NCBI GenBank assembly: GCA_013115125.1 | Contig: JABANN010000108.1 | Location: 1-64,000, forward strand | DNA: 64,000 nucleotides | Source: Perkinsus olseni | Taxonomy: Eukaryota | Direction: 5' to 3' | Translations under genes and position numbers: made by a program | Notes under the pieces: model-generated | What the model saw: only the letters and a program-made list of their open reading frames with translations | What the model was told of the DNA's origin: nothing | Database searches by the model: none | Shown: in pieces, positions 1 to 11,849 of the stretch | How positions within the stretch are numbered: the stretch's first letter is position 1 | Layout: the number at the start of each line of letters is the position of its first letter

Positions 1-1500
1 ACATTCCTCCTCTCGCGGCCAAGCTGACGGAAAGGAACTCCTCTGTGCGGCTCGAAGGCATCTTGCTTGGCAACGTACTAGTCGTGCCAGAGATCCAGTA
101 ACAATGAAGAACTGTCGCCCGAGGACTCCCCCTTCAGATGGCGCTCTCTTCCAGGAATGCTACGACAGAGTGGCATAATTTCGCGGAAGGAGTAATTGGC
201 GCTTTTGCGCTCGAAATCCGCTCGACCTCCTTACAGATACGAAAAGCTTGAACTGAAGGCTAAGCGCTTTAGTGAACTAGTACATACGTGCAATGCTATG
301 CGAGAGTCCGTTGGTGATGAAAAGACTGCCAAGCCAGAGCTGCGGGAGCAATTTGCGCTCAATTGCAAGATGGCGCTGAGAGTGCTGATGAGCGATCTGA
401 TACTTCCTGTGACTCTTATGGGAAGAAACTTGTGAGAAGAAATCCACACGGAACATAAGTGATGCTCACCGAGTTTCTGTTTCTCGTAGTTTGCACCTCG
501 ATTCTAAGCATCTCTTGCCGGAAGAGGATCCCTCCTGGATGAAAGTGAGCATCCGATATCGTCTTCGCGATAGATCAGCCCGAAGAGCTTGAACCCAGCC
601 TTTCGCGTACGGTTGATGAATTGCAGATGGTCAGGTCGGAGCCTTTGCGAATAGCCGACCAACTCAAAGATTCTTCGGCGTGGACACTGCTTGGAGGGTC
701 ATAAACTCAGATGTAGTGCCCCGAGAATGGGTCACCCCTTTCTTTAATGGACAATGACCACCGGGAGGTCTTGATAGTTGAGATTCCGATCGGCCGTCGC
801 CTTCTAGACTCAACGCGTGTCTAGATCCGTGACGGGTCACTTCAGTTGAATGGACAGCGCTCCGCTAGGTTCCGGAAAAAAGTCCGCATCCTTCGATAGG
901 TCAAGGCAAGCTATATACGTCATTCGCGTGCTGCGTACGATGTTTCACTCTTTCTTTAGGTGCACCGCGAGTTCGAGGTTGACACCCCACGCAACTATGG
1001 CCAGTTTCTGCCGCATTTGCTTAATGGAGGACTGCGGGTTGGTCGAATTTCCTCAGTTATAGGTGAACCCGCTGTGTTAGATTCTCGTGTTTGCCGGAGA
1101 CCGAGACTATCTGTGTAATTGGATGGGAAGTCTGGCGTGGACTAAAAGACTCGACTGGATGGGATCCGATACATTTCGAAAGTCTAAGCTTATCGAATAC
1201 AGGGTCGGTGACGGCATGCGGTGCGAACAGAAATTGATTGGCTCCACCCTCAGTTGCCGAATGGGGCAACCGTTGGGAAGTGGAAAGGAAGCACGTTATC
1301 GAGTACTGGCGGCCAACTAATTTTCATGAAGGTATCTCGCAGTCCCTCACTGTGGCCGTTGCTGGACGCTACATCATGATGAGAGCTGCCTTTGCTTTAG
1401 CTATATGGTGCTGGGCATTATGCTGCAATGGACGTTCCCCAACCGGCTCTGATGATGGTCGACGAGTTCCTCAACAATAAACTTCGATGATACCTTCACG
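1..1500 (+). mobile_element. Probable degenerate LTR retrotransposon pol remnant (RNase H-integrase region, Ty3/BEL-Pao-like)
   Basis: Stop- and frameshift-ridden region with no clear intron pattern. Fragments occur in the expected order: RNase H-like 'YEKLELKA' (~237), zinc-finger-like 'H..FCRIC' (~945-1020), integrase-core-like 'IDW/APPSVAEWGNRWE' (~1232-1280), then a purine tract GAGGGCGGAG at 1501. Similarity is weak and judged by eye. Confidence 0.3.
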
Positions 1501-2211
1501 GAGGGCGGAGTAGGTACGCGAATTCTGATCGAGGGATCACGGGTATTGATTTGAATCAGGGTTTGATTGCGATGCTACATTCAAATCTGGGCTTGATCTG
1601 CGGGGCCTGGTCCAGATTACTGAAATCTGATTGAAATGCATGATTAGTGATCTTGATCACTGACCCATGAGCCGGATCAATGGTTGACGATTGTGGTCGT
1701 TGATTTGTGATTGCAATCATCAATCGAATCATGATCGTGACTAATAATCAATGGAAGCTTTCCTCATACGAGAAAAATCAACTGTTTCTGATGCAAATGG
1801 CTGATGCTAATTATAATCACGTGTGAGATCAGAAACTGATTAACGCATCTGATTGTTCAATCACAATCCCCCCTCCGAGTCAGGATCCGGATAGGAAGGA
1901 ACAATATGAAATGGTGTTCACCTCTTCAGAAGGGAAGAACGTGCCAGAGTGTCTTGGCTAGGATTACCTTCGTCGTGGTTCACTCCCGCCCATCGGCCGA
2001 AATACGAGCTCACATTGCCCTCGAATCGTTGAATACGGCTGCGACGCTAACATGAATGCCAACATGCCTGGTGTAAAATACCCACAACAGTCTCCTTCGT
2101 GTTGAGCTAGTTCGCGAGATATTAGGCATTACAACCACACAATTTGTTCACGTGCGTCAATTTTGTTTACGTGTCTCTCATTGAGTTGACGAGATCTTAA
2201 AATTGATAAGT

Positions 2212-2403
2212 AACCGCTCAGCAATACCCACACCCTGTCCTCGTAAAGGATGGATCATCGAAGTCGAGTACATGACTGTACTGACTAAACCTCCATTAGG
2301 GTGGGGTATACAACTCCTCATCACGGTTTAGGGTTTTGTCAAGAGTACTCTTGTGAACGAAAGGAATTCACTACATAAGTGATCCTGTTCGAGTACAGTC
2401 GAC
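2212..2403 (-). ncRNA. U3: U3 snoRNA (copy 1)
   Basis: Minus strand begins GTCGACTGTACTCGAACAGGATCACTTATGTAG (GAC/box A'/box A, complementary to the conserved 18S 5' end TGATCCTGCCAGTAGTC). It has box C'-like GTGATGAGG, box C-like CGATGAT, box D CTGA and a closing stem AACCG/CGGTT. Near-identical copy at 13060-13251. Confidence 0.85.
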
Positions 2404-2966
2404 ACGGGACATTGCCTCGTGAGCAGCCCCAACTAAGTACGATTTCTAGAAGGAGTGGTACCGCTAAATGTCACAAGATGATGTCCCCATTCGCTGTTGA
2501 ACCTGTCAGCAATGCTTCCTCCATGATCAGCCCGTATCATCAAGATTCCCACTGATTAACCGCACCGCCCGTGACATGGGACACGGAAGCCTTGCATGAC
2601 AGGCTTCAACCCAGCATCGTCACTCACCCTCACACCACGGCGACACGCACACAAAACAGTGGTAGAGGATCTCATCGGAATCTCGGCTCTCTCCTCTCCC
2701 ATCCGATGCTGCATCGGTGGCCGGAGTTGCCACAAGGTTGCAGTTGACTACGCAGACACTCCGCTTCTATGCTACGCAGTGACCTCCCAGGTCGCTGCAT
2801 GAGACGCTGACCGCCGATGGCTCGAAGTCCCGTCAGGAGGATTCTTCGTTACTGCGCAACTCAACGTTCTAATGTACACACCGAAGTTGAACATGACACA
2901 GTCAATTTATAATGGTATAACAGTAGTATGAACGTAATGGTATAATGACTGACAGAGGGGTGCAGA

Positions 2967-5900
2967 TCAGCAACGGCTTCCTCTGTACTTGTAGCCGTTA
3001 TCCATCATCTCCACGGTTTGTGAATGCTCCGTCAGCTTGGAATCTGCAACGTCCTTCAAAACACTCTCTCGGACTTCTTCAATCGTCTCTATACCGAGCG
3101 AGTATATATGCGTTTGCAGTGACATGAAGAGCTTAGCAATCTCTCGGCCACTGAAGCCTGAAAGCTTTTCAGCAACATCATAGAGGCAGTCGTCATCAAC
3201 TGTTGCATCAGAGTGTCCCCTGTGTGGCCCTCGGCTCTCCTCGGGGTTGCCCTCCTCAACATGTGGTCGACTGCGTCGTCTCACGCTCGCTGTCTTCCGT
3301 GCCCCTGCTGCTGCCGATCCGCCCCTCTTCACAACTGTTACAGAAGCTGGCTTGAGGAGAGGACTCGAAGGGCGGCTGACGTGGAGTTTCGACAACCTTG
3401 GCCTCTTCATCGGAGTCACGACGTACTTCTCGTAATACATACGACACAACATGTGACGCTCGATGGTATCAGGCAGCCCAAATTCGACGCTCTCATCAAT
3501 CCTATCGAGGACTGCAGCGTCGAGGTCCCCCGGGCGATTGGTAGCAAGGACGAGCATGAACTGCGACGAAGGTGTTCCTGTATGGTACAGCATGGTCGTC
3601 AAAGCGTTACGCATATGTTCCCCCATGCCAGCAGTCCGAGCGCCTGAAGAATCAACACTGCAAAGTCAAAACTTCAGAGCTTCCCACCCAGGAAAGCATC
3701 AGCCTCGTCAATGAAGAGGAGAACTCCCCGACGACTCTTCTTGACCCAATCGAAGAGGTTATGCAGTTCCGTGACGGCCATCTCGTTAAGCGGCGCGACA
3801 TCAGCGCCGCACATTATAGCATATTCCAGCCCCGAATACCTGCCAGGAAGAACATTCCTAAAGGGGTCGGTTAAACCTCCTCTTACTCAGCGAATCTCTC
3901 GGCTGTCATCGTCTTGCCAGTGCCGGGTGGGCCGTAGAACATGCAATGCAGCAACGGTTGCCCCCGCTGCTTTGCTGTACCTGCCAGGGGCCGTTGAACC
4001 ACACCCACTGGAGCTCATCTACGGGTCGCATCGGCGAGGCGCTTGATGGTGAACAGGTGATCGGGGCGGAGGACGACGTCCGAGAACACCCTTGAAGGAG
4101 CCCCTCGGTTGAAGATCCAATCTCGGACGTCCTGACGTCCAAAGTTATTTCCATCCCCAGGGTCAGGGAAGCATACATGAGCCAGAGACTTCCGACTAGT
4201 TCTCCTGAGAAGGCTTGGCTTCCCCAAACGCTTATTGAGCTGATCTCTGGCCAGCATCGCCATCTCACGCGTAAAGTAGATGGAAGCAGCACAACCTGAA
4301 CAAGGACGAGCGAGCCATCAGGGAGTGTGGTCTCTACCTGTAACTCACCCGCGAGGAAGCCGATGGTCCGGAGCACTTGGGTGGGCGAGGAGAAGAACCA
4401 CGATATCGACTCTCGAGCTTGATGCACAGATTCTCGTATATTCTGATGTCATAAACACTTAGAGGGTATTAAGCTGCTCACGATGGTTACCAACCTGTAA
4501 GGTGGTCTCCCTGTCTTCCCGAGCCCTGATCTCCATGGCCTCTAGATCATGCTTCGCTTTGGCCTCCATCTCCCGAAGGTTCACATCCTCATTCTCTCGC
4601 CTGTCCCTCAATCGGGCCTCCTCCCGAACTCTCGTTAACTCTATTTCCTTCTGAGCTTCTGCCTGACACGATCGTCATCATCACCGACCCTTCGACTCAC
4701 GCAGCGTGGACTAGAGGCCTCCCTCACGGCCTTACCTCGGCCTTCGCTCTCTCGGCGTCCACTGTCCGATTTAGTCGTTCCATTTCGAGATCGTGGCTTG
4801 CCTTCTGCTGCCTGTGCATGCAGTTCGAGGACGACGGAGCGACTCCCACCGACCCTCTTACCTCAGCTGACTTTCCTCCTGCATCTCCACCATCTTAGCA
4901 TCATGGGCTTCACGTCGATCCGATTCGGCCGCCACACGCCGTCTATGGAGGCTGAAAAGCGACATGCCGGAATCGAACCCGGGTCGTCTGTATGGCAGCT
5001 ACTCATCCTGATGCTCGTCAGCTTTCTTTTGAAGCTCTTGCTGTCGTTCCATGTTACTTCGTTCCATCTCCAGCCGCATCTTCTCGAGGCGTATCTTCGC
5101 CATGGTCGCCTCCAACTCGAGCTCCGCCTGAGGGGACCACCTCTCACCACCACCCGCCGAACTAAGACTGATCTTAGGCCATTCCCGGCATCATACTCAT
5201 ACCCGATACGATCCAAATCTGGTGGATTGGATGACCTCACATGTTTGGTGATCTGCAGGAGATCTTCACTGGCCTGTTTCTCCATAGCCTTCCACAACTC
5301 CGTCACATTACTCTCGAGAGACGCCAATCTTCGCCTGTCATCCTCGATCTCCGAGGAGAGCTCAGCCGATCGACGCTGGTAGAGTTCGCCATACTCTTCC
5401 AGGGAAGAACTGATGGGGAAGATCTTCTATGCAGAGTGGTTGTCTTGCTAGGCTTACTTGACACGACTTAGCCTCTCTTGCAATTCCTCAACGTTGCGGC
5501 TTACTCCTTCCCCTCGTTCAACCGCTTCCTGTCTATAATCCTCCACCAGAAAGGACAATGAGTAATGCAACGAACGCAGGGCCCTCATGGAGTCCTTGAG
5601 GTCATCTAAGCCGAGACCCAATACCACTCCTTTCTCAAATCATCCCTCTCGTTACCTAGCGATCGTTTGCTCCTCTCTGACTCCGTCTCTAGTTTCCTAT
5701 TCAACCCTTCTCTTTCCCGTACCATCGCTTCCTCGCTCTTAACCATCGCCTTCATGAGAACCCTGATCAGCACTTGCCGTCAGCCGAATAAATCACTTCA
5801 CAGACCCTCTCGAAAAGTCGTGCTCAATGACATATTCAAAGAACGATAGTATGAACTCTTTTTCATAAGTAACATCAGAGTAACATCGGAGATGCTATAA

Positions 5901-7947
5901 AATTATATATAAGACTGAGGTAGTGGTGGGAATACTAGAATGATAAGTAGTGTAATAATGTATCCAATATCAGCCATTAAAGAATTGATTTATCGAGAGT
6001 TGTGAAAATATTGGTATTGGGTAAATATAAATGATCTTGGTGAACTACTAGAGGCTGCAGCTAAGGAGCACTCACTCCATCTTGTCATCCATTCGAGAGG
6101 TGAGGTGTCGATGATCTTCCTTCAATCGATCAACCTCGAACTCTTGTTTCTTCCCTCGCGTATCCGTTTGCTCGACTGCGGTCTCCAGACGATGTATATC
6201 ATGGTTCACAACGTGGACCTGTTTTGAATCATGCACGCATGTATACCACGTATCTTTGGGATTACCTTAGTATTGAGGCCTTGAACTTTCTCACTCTGCC
6301 GGATCTGTTCATCATTAACCCGACTCATGTCCTCATTGATCTTTTTCATCTCGCTACTCCATTTCGACACTCTAAAGCAGGGCGCATTATCATCATCCGG
6401 ACGACCTCTAGCTCTTGAAAATCGAACCACCAAAACGGCGGTTTCCGAGGCATGCCTTGTGACTTGGCTACCCGCAGTGCTATCAACATCTTGGATGACA
6501 CAGTTCTTTCCCGACCCGTCCCAGAGATTGTGAGATTCATCGCTCCGTTGGTGAGTGATAATGTCCCAGTAGTAGTATAGCTCACTTCTCACCTATCCCA
6601 GTAGTCGCCAGCCACATGCTCATGGCGCGCTGCAAGTTCCTGTAGTGCTCCTAATGCTGTCATCAACAGATGAGCCTCCCGGACCATGTATCTGAGGTGA
6701 TTGTGATGATGATTTGGCGGAAGTGTGGTACGCCGAGTTCGCCCAAACTTACACGTTCTTCGTCCGTGCTTGGGTTCCATTCAAGGAAGTCCACCTGAGG
6801 AATCACCAGCGTATATCAAATCATGAATAACATAAACTAAATCCTCTTCGATGACTGTCGCCGCTCCGACCAAGCGTGCCCTTCATTTGGCTTTGGCAAT
6901 GCGTCTCACATTTCCCTGTTGATGATGACAGCTGGTGAGCATCGCGAGCGCACCGAGATGCCACTCATAAATAAGAAAACCCGAGATGCCACTGGACACA
7001 GTGGAGATTGGACACCCATACCGACGATACTGCCGATAATGATCCGACCGACCTTCTCTCAGGTAGTAATGACACGGCCTCAGGCATTATCGCTTGGAGC
7101 TCCTGTGCGATCAACCCGAGCTGTCTCGTCGCGAAGAACTTGTTGAAAAATTCCCGTTCGGTGTGCGTATACACTCGTAGCTGAGAAGAAGCGATGTGAA
7201 CTCGGTGTTTGCTCTTGCACCAGGATGTACTCCTGATCTTCAGTAGACCCGCGAGAACTCGAACTGCCCACCTGCATTTTCCGGAGCTGCTCATAGAGCT
7301 TCGTATGGTTAGCGGGCTGCACGTCACTCTTCAGAGAGATATCGCCGAACCTGATCCCGCGGCCCGGGTGTGTGCATGCGTGCACGTTTTACTTCCCTCA
7401 CATGCTTTGGTCTACACAACTGCTGCATTGTAGCAGCCAATTGTTGGCCGCCACTTCCTGTACAGTAGCAACGATGAAGATAACGATGCTGATGGTAGCA
7501 CGGCAACTCCGATAACGAAGGAATGATACCATCTAGGGGAAACCAATCGGCCGACTGAAAACAACTACGAAAGTCGTGCTTCTGTCAGCGATGAGGTCGA
7601 ACTGGTACCGAATGAAATCACAAAGTTCCAAGTTGGCGTTGGAAGAAGCGGTTTTGTCCACCCGACAGGATTAACAACACAACATGCGGTCAAGGATTGT
7701 CTACATGCTCCGCCAGAGAGACTTTGATTGTCTATCATTCACCACCACCACCACCACCACCACCACCAACAAACTGTCGACGACGGCAACTCATCGATTG
7801 AGATGAGTTGGTAACATCAGTAACACCCTGGGAGGGTTCGAGTGGTATCGAAATTACACCAAATAGATGACCAAGTTGAACAACGATGAGGACGATGAGA
7901 AGGAGGACGCTAACAACGAACGACGAAAACCACGACCAATGGTGCAC
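2967..7947 (-). CDS. ATAD3: ATAD3-like AAA+ ATPase with N-terminal hydrophobic segment, Peptidase_S74/intramolecular-chaperone-like domain and long coiled coil (multi-exon; 5' exons uncertain)
   Basis: Walker [13 protein letters not shown] (~3907-3942), '[34 protein letters not shown]' and ATAD3-type '[12 protein letters not shown]'. Upstream exons give 'GDISLKSDV', '[14 protein letters not shown]' and 'ALGALQEL'. A phase-compatible intron (~5764-6074) joins the two halves. Confidence 0.75.
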
Positions 7948-8057
7948 ATCGGAAATAAGGCAGAAAAATCAAGAAAAAAAAATCTAGTGATACGGCAAAC
8001 GAACCAGTGTATTTCTGTATCTTTCGCCCATCAACCCTCGTTAGCCGATTATTGATA

Positions 8058-10012
8058 TCACTGCTGGGCGCAGGAGCCGCCGGGAACATCTGTCTCCGCG
8101 GATCCAGCAATCTCAGGGGACATCTTGAACTTCCTCTTGACCTCTTCTGGAAGGGCCGCTGGATGCCCCTCGACCTGCTGAGGGATAAGCCCGTCATGTG
8201 CAGCCGAAAAAGGTCCGTTGTCCTACTGATGGTGATACAGTTGGGCGGTGAGTATTGGCATTGGAAGGGGTTGGTGATGGTACTCCCAAAGATGCTGCCA
8301 GCGTGAGGGCCACATTGGCGACCGCATCTGGAAGGACGCTCATCACGTAGGCCGACGAGGGCTATTGAAAAGAAGGTTGTCACACTACCACTGCCCTCAA
8401 GACAGAGGGGTATTCTAAATGTCATTCATGCATGATGCGGTATAACAAGCCCTACCATCTGCTACTACTACTACCTCCTCCGTTCTCGTCTGTTGCCTCG
8501 CTCGAAGCCAGCACGCCCATCGCTTGTATCAGCAGCTGCAGCCGCTCAGGCGTGGTGGCAAAGTCACGAATCTACCATCACAGGGTTGCGGACAAACCCT
8601 CATCAGCGCTCTCTAATACGTATGCGTGGAAGATGGCGATACCATCCCTACTCAGAGCAGGCCACAGTCGAAGGGGCGAACGAAGCAAAGGCGAAGTCCC
8701 CACAATCCCAGACCACCTGAACTGCCAATTCCATCGCAATGAGTGCTGGCTCAGTGGTGGTGTTGGGCGTTGCCTTCCTGTCTCTCTCGGGCTGACCAGG
8801 GATTCATCCCATCAGGAGGTACACGGGCATACACTCACTTCATTATTAATTCCACTACGTTCATAATCCGGGGACGACACATCCTGGCCTTGTCCGTAGT
8901 ATTGGTTGTCGAAGTAATAATCGTTCTCAGCTTCGCCGTAATAGAAGTCGTCATACTCATCATACTGGGAGCCACGGGGCCTCACCTGTTCAGCTATTCA
9001 ATGTTATCAAGCTCATCGGTGTCTCAGTGACAACAAACGAGGTCCCGGGTTCGAACCCCAGGTATTCCATTATTCGCACAGGGACCAGAGGTGGAAAATC
9101 ATTCTTCGAGGACCCCACAAAGCAGCACAAATCCTCCTCTCCCGCACCACCGCGATGCTACTACCGGGTATCCTATCGGTTTGGGTGGTCGGTATTTCAA
9201 CTCCTGCGGCGAGTGTACGAAGAAGCATTGTCCCTTCCGAGCGAACTCACAGTTGGGGCCGTAGCGACAAAACCTAAAACGATCGGTCTGATAATAACGA
9301 GGGTATCATCAGGATGATCGGAGCCTGACTTAGTCTTCAGGAGTCTCTGGTGACGCTCCACTTCGAAGGTGTCATGGCGAATTCCGAGAGGGATATATCG
9401 GATACCAGACTGCCGCTCTAAACTGGGTCGCCTGACACGATTTGGGGGAGAGATGGTATGATGCAGGGGCTCACCCTCGGGTGGCTCCTAATGATGCATT
9501 TGATGCGTTATCAGCCGCTCCCGTATACCTCCCGTCAACGGATCCTGCAACATGGAATCACTAACGCGAACATGCACACACGCAGTTCGTGAATATCGCG
9601 ACCCCCTAACCTCATTGGACGTGTCTCTTCTACTACTCCCAAGTCACCGAAGGTAATGAGCATTCCGAAGCCTCCCACTTCTTTCGCGATAGTGGGAATA
9701 CTCTCGGGAGACTTTTGGGAGGCTTCGGCAAGAGAAGACGAGGCAGTACGATGAGTTCAGGTGAGGCTATCCTCAAACGAGATCCTATCACGTGCGAGGC
9801 AATCCGAAGAACCGGACCGGATGGGCGTCCATTCTCCGGGTCATCACCTTTATTAGAACTGCTCTTGCCCTCGGTACTCTCCCTCGACGAGGCTGAGCTA
9901 TCTGATGCGACCTAAGGTTAACTCATGCAAGGAAGGTACGCCCCTAGGAAGTCTTGAGGGAGATCCTGTTTACCTTATCCCCTTGCTCAGCCGGTGTTTC
10001 CGAAGATACCAT
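8058..10012 (-). CDS. Hypothetical multi-exon protein ending in ...GGSCAQQ (CaaX-like)
   Basis: Series of open segments separated by GT-AG introns. The last exon reads 'FKMSPEIAGSAETDVPGGSCAQQ*'. No recognisable domain. Confidence 0.4.
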
Positions 10013-10124
10013 ACACGACGTTAGAAAAACTGGTACAATCCTTCTGCAATATTGAAGGAACACAATACCTCCAGACAAAAAGGGTGAAGAAAAACACATT
10101 CATAATGATACAGTTGCAAGATCA

Positions 10125-10811
10125 CTACGGGGTGGGCTTAGTGATGATCGTTATGGCGTGCCACTTCTTGATCTCATCCTTCAACGCTTCATTAACCATC
10201 TGATGCTGTTTGATCCGAGGAAGACCTACGATGAAGGGAATGTGTGGTATCAAGAGCCTGTAAGCAAGCACTAAAGCAACCTGCCCAGCCCTTAAGGGCA
10301 TATAGGATAACTAGCGTTAAAAGCACCGCGTCCAATGTACACAAGGGTATCAGCATAATCTCTTTTTCCCGTGCACTGAAAAGCCTAGGCTACATCCCTA
10401 CGAGTTACAACGCGCCCTATCAACATCCACGATGAATGCAGTAATATCAGAGAGTCTCTATACCCCGGTTAGTACCAACAAATTTAGGTGACTGCACTTC
10501 AACCCTGTAGCTCGATCCACATCCTCCTGATACATCTTCTACCTTGGTCGATGTCGCCCCTAATGTAGCCCGCAGGAGGGACTCGAGCTGAGATGGAGCA
10601 GACAACATACCCTCTGAAACGACGAGCGGACAGGACAACGTGAGTAAGTAGGGTTTGCTAGGCCCTCTCTTTAGAGGGAACACTTCTCAGCTCGATCAGT
10701 GTTTAGTAACTCGTCCGCCTGCGCTCTGGAAGCGAACTTCCGACAACAGAATCGAAGCTCTAATGGTATAACGAGACTATGAACACGGACATAAGGGTGT
10801 AACGTGAGCAT
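10125..10811 (-). CDS. BolA-family protein
   Basis: 'VEDVSGGCGSSYRVEVQSPKFVG|LPRIKQHQMVNEALKDEIKKWHAITI' is the BolA signature, with one ~240-nt intron. Start uncertain. Confidence 0.85.
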
Positions 10812-11104
10812 TTAATTATCCAATAATGAGCGACGGACGATTTCTACTGAGGCGACCAGCGAGTGCGAATTCCCAGCAAAGCAACTTACAGATTTCTCAT
10901 AGGCGTTGGTGGCGGCGGGAGAACAGAAAAACCGTCTCATCATCATTGGAAAACGAAGGAAGGAACTCTGTGGTAAATGCTAACCGAAAAAATGGTAGTG
11001 GGATTCGATCCCGCGACCTTCCGTAACTGGACGTCGGAGTTTCCCTGCACGACCGAAGGGCCCGTCAAAAATACTAAAAGCCACAAGTGACTGAAACATG
11101 TTTA

Positions 11105-11683
11105 TCATCCAGCAACAGTGTCTTCTTCATTATCATCGCTGACTTTATTACGATTGTCGAGCTTGTTGCCACCCCATACGCCACCACCGAACATTCGGGG
11201 CCTCACCCATCCTCGTGCTTCCAAGAGCTCTCTGCCAGCTAGCCAGCCTTTATCTTCTCGAACCTGCCGGTAAGGACATCCCTCCCAGCAGAACTCAAAG
11301 GCTACCGTACAGTGTCCGCTCTGACGTCTCGGGGTTTATGGGCACGATCGTCTTCCGGAGTGAAGCCGAGACGCTCCATCGGCTCTGGTGCCATGAGACC
11401 GTGGTCCATCCTGAACTAGAGCTTGAAGTGAGATCCAGTCGTTGAGTGCCCTCACCGACACTGAAGATACTCCTTAGCGAGAAACCGGCAACTTCGATTG
11501 TCATTTTTGTGTTTACGAAGGCATTTGAGGTACCTAATGCATGTCGCGGGTTGGCTGTCAGGATCGCGTCGGGCTAAGATACTTGTCGTGGATCTGCTTG
11601 CACTGATTGAAATGATCAAGAGGGAAGCTGCCCTTATCTGGGGGTCGCCTTTTAGGCATCAACGGCTGTAGGTGACCCGACAT
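11105..11683 (-). CDS. COX19: Cytochrome c oxidase assembly protein COX19 (twin CX9C)
   Basis: '[44 protein letters not shown]' assembled across short introns. Confidence 0.85.
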
Positions 11684-11849
11684 GATAAAAAAACTTGCGA
11701 CTTCGTAGATAAGACGCGCCGATGATACTTTCCCGAAGATTGCGCTTGCGTACATACCAAAGGCGCGGGTTCGATCCCCGGTAGAGGACCTTGCGATCGA
11801 AAAAACTCAACTCGCACATCTCATCGGAAAGGGTTCATGACAATCATGC

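Noticed and set aside
2322-2337. AAACCCTAAACC (about 1.5 TTTAGGG telomere repeats) inside the duplicated ncRNA, suggesting a telomerase RNA template
   Set aside because: The RNA has the U3 layout (18S-complementary box A region, C', C and D boxes), and the match overlaps the hinge and terminal stem. It is most simply coincidental.
7740-7768. (ACC)n tract here and (GGT)n near 50089
   Set aside because: Ordinary short microsatellites, probably intronic.
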